From contig OZ024743.1 in NCBI GenBank assembly GCA_964016885.1, positions 10,974,001 to 11,038,000 of the forward strand: a stretch of 64,000 bases of DNA. Direction: 5' to 3'. Position numbers and translations under genes: made by a program. Every line of letters starts with the position of its first letter. Within the stretch, counting starts at the first letter, position 1. A model generated the notes under the pieces. That model saw only the letters and a program-made list of their open reading frames with translations, was not told the origin of the DNA and did no database searches. Of this stretch, positions 55,559 to 64,000 are shown piece by piece. Source of the stretch: Eledone cirrhosa (taxonomy: Eukaryota).

Positions 55559-56449
55559 CAAGGTGACCACTTTTCTTCTGCCACATTTCTTCAGATACTC
55601 CCGATTCCAGTCTCAACAACATGGAGGTCTTACAACATGGAGGAAAATACTATTGTTATATTACAGTGTAAACTTTTTCTCACATTTGTTATATTAAGTA
55701 CTTCGTAATTAGACGATCGATAATTCGACAATCTATGGCTTCTAGCATGGATTTGCATATATGGATTGTTGTTGGCTATCAGTATTTGCAGTGAAGCTAT
55801 AGAACCCAAATGTTAAATGTAGCGTAACAAACACTTCAGCAGAATCAAGCTAATGGTTTATAACAGCTTGACTATGATATAAGGAAATTCATTGTGAGGA
55901 CAGTCAGTGTGTCTACTGCTATAAACCATCTAGTCGTGTATTGCGTCAATTGATAGTGTCTGTTGAACTGACCACATTTTTACCTTCGTATATACATAAG
56001 AGATAATAAGCCCTAATGTTTGAATATTTCAAGGGAGATAAATTGGGTTGGTTAGAGAGACGTAAAATAAATTAGCCCTATTTATTTTTAAATCGTTAAT
56101 TTCATATAGTTAGATGAAATGGTTGCAACTGAGAATCTGAACTGGCTGGCACCACCGGATCTCTGAAAACTTCACGCAACACAGTAGCACACTTTTGCTT
56201 GTAAAATAATGCTATGTCCAAGAGAGAAGTTATATTTCTGAAATATATCTAATGACATATAACTTAATTACATACTCTAATTTAGTATGCCACAACATTG
56301 AAATGAGGGTAGGAATCAACATGACAAAACTTTGCCCATATATTCATTTATGTCTGCAGTAGAATTCTTCTGTTCAACGGATACTTAATGCTCGATCGAA
56401 CATCATTGAGAAAGTGGCTTATTTATTGTGTGTACAGAGCAGTATAATC

Positions 56450-56630
56450 CTCCTCCACCACATCATCATCATCATCATCATCATCATCACCATCATCACC
56501 ATCATCACCATCATCATCATCATCATCACCATCACCATCACTATCACCACCATCGTCATCATCGTCATCATTATCATCGTCATCACCACCATCAATATCA
56601 CCACCAATATCCTCCTCCTCCTCCTCCTCC

Positions 56631-56670
<40 letters not shown>

Positions 56671-56700
56671 TATCATCATCATCATCAGTAGTAGTAGTAT
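56450..56700. repeat. Compound (CAT)/(CAC)/(CCT) microsatellite
   Basis: Direct reading. Confidence 0.9.
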
Positions 56701-59700
56701 TGGCAGTATTAGTAGATGAATTCCTCGATGGGGTTGATATCTGACTAGCTTTGGTGTTATTTTGAAGCTCTTTTTTTAAACCGTAAAACAGGATTGTGAC
56801 CTCAACATTTATATAGATGCCCTCATGGTTATGTAATAGAGTTTTGTTTTTACACTATTAATATTCACCTGTAATTTAGTTACTGTCAAATATCACACAT
56901 TATCTAGATAATCTGTTCTGTTAGTTAGGTCATAAATTCCTGATGAAGTTTAAATTAATAACCTCTTGTTTATATATATAAGCCAAAGGACGTTGCCTCT
57001 GGTGTATGATTTATGAACTATCTCTTTTTCTTCAGTAAAATTATATGTTTTGGGATTCAAAATCTAATATAGTTTTATTAGATGATTGAGCATTTATATA
57101 AACTAGCACATAATTTTATACTATATTTCTTCAAAATGGTTTCTATGAGAAATAATTAGTCGAAAACGTAGATTCATACTAATAACATGTTATTTCATAA
57201 TAAGTAAGGATTTATGAGGAGCGGATTAAAGTTCGGTGAGATATCTGATTTCTAGAAATACTAATGATGATATTGGTGGCGATGGTGTTTGCTCTTCATG
57301 TTATTTTTATTAATATTGGGCTGATATTACGTTTGATGCTACAGATCAACCTCATAGCTAACCAACACCAACTTTCGTTTTGGCAATTCGCGATTTATAT
57401 TCATCTGTACAGAACTAATTTATTTTGTTAGTTAATCAGAAGGGGTAGGTTGGCTAAGGTTCAAGACATTGGCAGAATCTACTAGATTGCTAAGATCGTG
57501 ATGGTTGATGTTCAGGTTGAATCGCTGTAGGCCAATGTCTACAGGAAAAGTTTCAGTTATTTAAATGGTGATACAAAGGATTGCTGAACTGGGTAGAAAA
57601 ATGCGTAGTGAGTGCTTAGGAGATTTTACACAGTAGCGATAGAAAGAAGAGAAACGGCTGGCCTAGGGCTGAAGGGAGATGTTAGTTTTGAAAGAGTGAG
57701 TGTTGCGGATAATTGAAGAGCTGTTGGTTTAATTCAATAAGAAATTCATTTTCAAGTCAAAGGGTCCTCGGTTCTAATCCTGTTGATAGTTATTGCTCTA
57801 AAGTTACTCATACATTAAATCTTGTATATTATTTGCACATCTATCTGGTTATTGCAGTAGTTATATTCTAGAAATATTATTCTTATTTTTAATCACTTCC
57901 ACTTGTCAATAATCAACATAACTATAGGGTCTCTCTTATTTCAACCATCAAAACACAAATTTCACAGTTGGTATGCTTGTTTTATCATTATTGACGGCGT
58001 GGGTCCAATAGAAATATATAATACTTAATTAAAATAACTAAAGCCTTTGAAAAGACGTAGAAATAGATCGGTAATTGGAGTACGACCATCGGTTGATTCT
58101 ATTCCACTTACTACGTGAAATACCATTGAAAGAAAACAATGTGGGTATTATGTGTGTATACACAACTTATAAACAAAACATTTAAAATGTCATATTGACA
58201 GACCTGCTGACCTCTAAACAACCAAACGGGGACTACCATGAAAAAAAGTACTCCAAAATGGGGAGAAATGAGGCAAAATGAAGAGATTTTACATAATGAA
58301 AGCTTTACCCTTTTTCACAAAAACGGGGAGAAATGAGCCAAAACGGAGAGAACTCCTCGCTGGACGGGGAGAGCGTTAGTATTTAGTTGATCTTTAGTAT
58401 TTGGCAGTTGTTTCTAATTAAATATTAATATGGACATATAAAACATTGTAGTGACATCTGATTATGTTTTTTAGTATTAATTGTAATTGTCTGTAAATTT
58501 TACAGATATTTTCAAAACACTTAAATATGCAACAGACTGAAAACTAGTGTTTTAGAAATTTCCAATATACATAATATATACATAATACATTATAAAAGGT
58601 ATAATAGGTTGTTTGAGTCACGAGCCAAATGGGTCACCCGAAATGCGATAAGTAGTAACCAAATTCCCTAAAATCACATTGTAATCCTAGATATACATAA
58701 ATATGTCATGGTGATAGGTGGAATATATTTAATCATTGTTCAACACAATAAGAGTTAACTTGAGGTTAAACCAGAAGCACAGCAGCTATTAGCATATATT
58801 CCCACGAATGTAAGTAACTGAATTTGTATGTTGTGTGTAAAAACTTGTCTTCAATTCCTAAATTACCGCTCATTAAACGTAATTAATTATAATAATTCCA
58901 CTAAATTTAATGTATAAAAACAACAATTCACTACAGAAGACGTATTATGTAAGTAACATAAAGTGGATGTGGGAAGAGGGGAAAATTAGGTAGATTAGTG
59001 ATATACGTAGCAGGGAAATTCTACTCGTATATCGTAGTATACAATGACGTTAGAACATAACTTGCTTGAGACATATAAGAAAGTGAGTGACACAAGGTTC
59101 ATAGATGAGATGCAAATCATACTGGTAGATACAATGCATACGTAATAGTGTTTCTCTTATTACTTAAACCCAGGTCAGCCCTGATTGAGCAGTTCTATGA
59201 TCATAAATGTCCAGCTATGACCATCCTCTATTTAAAAATATTGTCCAAAAAATGTTAAACAATCTTTTCAAACTGCATCAACGAATTGAAACTTTGGTGC
59301 TATGTTTGAGCTGTCCTCTTTAGCTTGTAGAATTATGGAATAAAGCAATAAATTCAGGAAATAACAGCACGTCAAGCAAATGTTTTATGGTCCCAGCAGA
59401 TAAAATGGTGAATGAGTTACCCTGATGGGAAGATGCGATGAAAGTGTCAATCCACCTCTCGGGGATCATTTTGGGGATGGCCATGCCGTTTGAAAAATCA
59501 TGTAGGAATGGACAAGATAGAAACCATGAAATGATGCTCATAAAATGTTGCTCATAAAATGTTGATAAAGACTAAACAACAGAATAAATATGAAATTATA
59601 CAACAACAAAAAAAGATTATTACAAGATTTAATTTAAACAAATAAAACATCCATACACAGATGAGAACTTGCTGGACAGTTCGATTCACAGCAACCCATA

Positions 59701-60840
59701 ATTTTGTTGGCCTTCCCCCTTATATATTAAAATTAGTTACACCTAAAGACGTCCAAAAGCATTTTTATTCTATGTTGGCAAAAGCATCCAGCGTGTTCTG
59801 GATGTCTCTATACGATGCTAGGGTAAATTATTTGCGTGGTCTTCATCATTAACCTATTTTTTTTTGCTTGTGTTCTAGGCCCTAAGTTTTCCTCTTCAGA
59901 AAGTACATCTTCATGTTTGTCGGTTTTATAGAAGCCGAGAAGCTCAATCTGACGATTGTGAACTCCATGTCATCTTACAATAAAAGAACTGGAACGGCAG
60001 ATAGTGGCAAACAGCAGCTAAACAAGCAACAATAGCAGCAGTTTCACGAGGTTGCCATTCTAATAGCCTCTTCAGTCAAAGTTCTGGAAATAGTATAGGA
60101 GATTGTTTTCCTCACTATCCCTGAATTAGATGATACCAAAACCTTTTCGAAGCAATACTACACTATCCACGCGATGATAGAGAGAAAATGGAGCCTGGAG
60201 AGGAGTGGCAGACTGTTGCGGTGAAAAAGTAAAAATGTAGAAGAAACTGAAGAAAGTTGACGTGAGAAAGCAAAATGTGTTTCCTGTGCAGTTATCAAAG
60301 CTTTTGTTTGTTTCGAAAGGGTTCTCGTTGATATTTTAAAATAAATATCAACTAACAAAAGAAATGTTTCAAATGTCTTCCTTATCTCCCAAAACTCAGC
60401 GGAAATTAACAAGAAAAAACTGTGCAGCTCTGTTTGAACCAACTCAAACGAACTGACACGCAAAGTTGTCAAACGATTATACAAATTTATCTCAAACGAA
60501 AGCGTGGCTAAACGCGACTTAATACGGCACTTTACTTGAATAATGAAATAATGTTTCCCCGTTTATTTGTCATCAAGTTTCCATTAACACATACAACAGA
60601 AAAAAAAAAGCGTATTACATCGTTTAAATGGCAATGTTTGGGATTCTTTAATGCAAATTAATTTCTCAGAAATTTCTTCTAGCATACGATTGATATTTGT
60701 ATGATTTGGAACCGGTCGGTGTTACCGACTCGCACACACGCCCTGAACCACATCCAAAAGAAGAGTTTATGGCAAACTGGCAGAGTTTCGTTCACCAACA
60801 TGCTTTCTTTAGTCTAGAATTTCTATTATTATACTGATTC

Positions 60841-61550
60841 TAGGGCGGTGAATTGGCAGTATCGGTGGAGCGTCGGACAACAAGCTTTATGACATAGAGT
60901 TATGGCCCTTTATGATCTTAGTTTAAATCCTGCCAAGGTTAGCTTTGACTTTACTCCTTACGGGGTCAATTAAATAAAGTACCGGTAATGCACTGGGGTC
61001 TATTTAATCGACTTCGCTCTTCCGTAAAATAGTTTGTCTTGTGCCTGAATCAGAAACCATTATTACTACTGGTTCTGGGCGGTGGATTGGTAGTGTCGGT
61101 AGAGGGTCGGACGCCATGATAGGGCGGTGGATTGGCAGTATCGGTAGAGGGTCGGACGCCATGATAGGGCGGTGGATTGGTAGTGTCGGTAGAGAGTCGG
61201 ACGCCATGCTTTCCAGCATAGTTACGTCCCTTTACGATCTGAGTTCAAATCCCGCCGAGGTTAACTTTGCCTTTCATCCTTACGGAGTCGATAAAATAAA
61301 GTACCAGTAATGTACTGGGTTATTGCTGGCCTTACTACTGGTTCTGCATGGTGGTGGATTCGCAGTATCGGTAGAGCGTCGGATAATAGGATTTGCGGCT
61401 GTTTACATTCTGAGTTCAAATGCCACCAAGGTTAACTTTGCCTTTCATCCATTACGAGATCGATAAAATAAAACACCAGTAACTTTGTTGGCCTTGTGCC
61501 GAAATCAAAAGCAATTTGGTACTGAGGGCGGTGTATTGGCAAAGACGTTA
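60841..61550 (+). mobile_element. Head-to-tail SINE family A cluster; the middle copy has a triplicated 45-bp head and a 15-bp TSD
   Basis: 45-bp unit at 61077, 61122 and 61167. ttactactggttctg at 61063-61077 and 61332-61346. Confidence 0.85.
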
Positions 61551-62904
61551 GAACAGGTATCGGGAACAGGTAGAGAAATATTAGTGACGTCTCTTTACAT
61601 TCCGAGAACTAAATATTGAATATGTAAATATTTTGCTTGAATAGTTTACTGTGAGTGAGCTGGAGGATTGTTTATGACAAACATTTGGTAAAACAGCTGT
61701 CATATCCTCTTCTTCCTATCTTTTATATAGGCAAGGGTATGCGAAAGTGAAAAGTTGGAATAAACGAAGCGATCGCCAAATGAAAAGAAGTACAGGTAAG
61801 AGTACAAATATTCTCACTCCCCTTTTCCCACTCTATCTCTCTCTTTTTTCACTTTGTTATATAAAACGGACAATGGCAAGAAGGACAATGACAACTACAA
61901 GGATATCTCATGTTGAACAAAATTGCTGATGTCATCTTTGAACGGTCAGACTAATTACCAAAAAATTTCAACCGTGACCAACCCATTGACTAAGAACTAA
62001 TAAGAATTAGGACTAAATTATCCAATGTTTTTTTTTTTTATTCAACCCTTTTGATACTCAACCGCATGAGACTACCTCTGATCCTACAATCCAAAACTAT
62101 TTGTTTTAATGTTTTTTATATTTATCTGAAAACATTTATGATTTTATGTAAGGAACTTTAAGTTATATTCCAAGCACCAGCTTAATAATAAGGATGTTTG
62201 TTATATAATCAAATTATTCATTATTTTCGAAATCATTTGAAAATTATAGACAGTTTCTTTCAATAGTTATGGATGAAATTTAGGAGATATTCGGTTGCTA
62301 TTTCTAGCAGATTAATTGACCACGTAGACACTTCCATGGTGGCTCAGTGCGATGATGATTGTTTAACGTTGTTATGTGTTGCAGTGATTGCATTCTGTAT
62401 ATAGTTGACGGTAGGCAGTGTCGCTTAATGTCCGACGCACCACTGACAACTTACAAAGACGTGGCCTGTATGTGAAATGCTTGTTTGTCTGCAACATCTA
62501 AAACAGTTGGTAGTTTCTACGGCGCCTTACAGGACACTGTGAAATGCAGAGAGCAATATAAACTGACGCCATATCCAGTAATTAGAAGCAACAACCAAAG
62601 GCGCGACCAAAGTTTTTTCACATCCCCCGTTCACCTTATTTATGGCTATCACCGGCAGTGAATGTTCATAAAGTGAATTTATGAAAATGCACAGCAAACA
62701 AATCTCAGATTGCAAAGTTTCACCCTCTCTTTCAATCTCTTTCTGTCAATCCTTCTTTCTTGCTCTCCATCTCTCTAGCATCTCTCTCTCACTTTCTCTG
62801 TCTGACTCGACTCTCTTTCCCCCCTTCCACTCTCTTTTTTCCTGTTTCACAGAGTATATATATATATATATACACACATACGCACACGCACACACACGCA
62901 TACA

Positions 62905-62966
<62 letters not shown>

Positions 62967-63046
62967 GTCAGGGAGTGTGCTGCATGAGACACATTGAAAG
63001 ACAGATGAGTAATAGAAAATAAAATGAAGCTAAAAGGTAACCCATG

Positions 63047-63089
<43 letters not shown>

Positions 63090-63108
63090 TATATACATAT
63101 ATATATAC

Positions 63109-63165
<57 letters not shown>

Positions 63166-63514
63166 GAATAAATAGATACATAAATGAATATATAAATAAA
63201 TAAAATAAAATAAGAAAATACGGGCCCCCGAACCGTATACAGCCTGTCTATTTCTAACGTCAGTATTCACCTATAGGGAGACGGCTCGGCGTCCCGATAA
63301 AATAGTTTTGACTCTGATATTCGACAGTGGTCAAACTATGGCCTTTGTTTCGTGTGTCAAAAGTGGCGCGGGAATTCCTGGAGCGTCGTTTGTTTATAGT
63401 TATTAAATCATTGTGATATATCACTCTTTCTTCCCTCATGGTTTATGGTCTGTTATTTTAGACGTATGTGGATTCCTTGACAAATGCTTGCTTGTAAAGG
63501 TATATGTATATATG

Positions 63515-63545
<31 letters not shown>

Positions 63546-63594
63546 CTATAGTTTGTGTATTTATGTGTTTGTTTGTATCGAAGTATATAGAAAA

Positions 63595-63845
63595 ATATGT
63601 GTATAGATATGTGTATGCGTATAGATATGTGTGTGTATTTGTATAGATATGTATGTATGTGTATAGATATGTGTGTATGTGTATAGATATGTGTATAGAT
63701 ATGTGTATGTGTGTGTATGTGTATATAAATGTGTATGTGTATAGATATACGTGTATGTGTATAGATATGTGTGTATGTGTATAGATATGTGTGTATGTGT
63801 ATAGATATGTGTGTATGTGTATAGATATGTGTGTATGTGCATAGG
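63595..63845. repeat. ~20-bp minisatellite (gtgtatagatatgtgtgtat)n
   Basis: Direct reading. Confidence 0.85.
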
Positions 63846-64000
63846 ATTGTGCATATGAGCCTTTGCCTATACTTCAATATGTATGCGTTTGTGTGAGTGG
63901 GTATGTGCCCATGTATGTGTGTACCTGAATATATGTATAAATGTGTATGCATGAGTGAGTGAGCGTGTGCGTACGCGCGTGTGTGTTGTATGTGTGTGTG

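Noticed and set aside
55265-56719. Poly-His, poly-Ser, poly-Asp and poly-Thr ORFs
   Set aside because: Trinucleotide microsatellites with no splice or domain support.
57135-57180. ctatga..gtcgaaaacgta hammerhead-like relic
   Set aside because: Core G missing and stems weak.

Overview
AT-rich, microsatellite-saturated animal genomic DNA. The (TA)n/(CA)n/(GATA)n load and one dominant tRNA-derived SINE family suggest a cephalopod such as Octopus (inference only). No host gene can be called with confidence, and most listed ORFs are microsatellite artefacts. The window is a transposon graveyard: RTE, CR1 and Tx1 LINE pieces, three Penelope-like element (PLE) remnants, a decayed autonomous Helitron with non-autonomous relatives, hAT-type MITEs and about 20 SINE copies. 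The main result is an RNA-level layer that the ORF track cannot show. About 17 type I hammerhead ribozyme (HHR) folds or close variants, plus several half or truncated copies, come from about 8 sequence families. They sit in short non-coding elements, mostly inserted in or beside (TA)n tracts and often as head-to-head inverted or tandem copies. They include a 5-copy ~466-bp retrozyme-like array, a circularly permuted 243-nt unit, a family with covarying palindromic stem III, and a non-canonical CAGAAGA core next to a PLE 3' end. A Tx1 LINE family appears to target (GATA)n. All folds were read by eye and no cleavage activity is shown.
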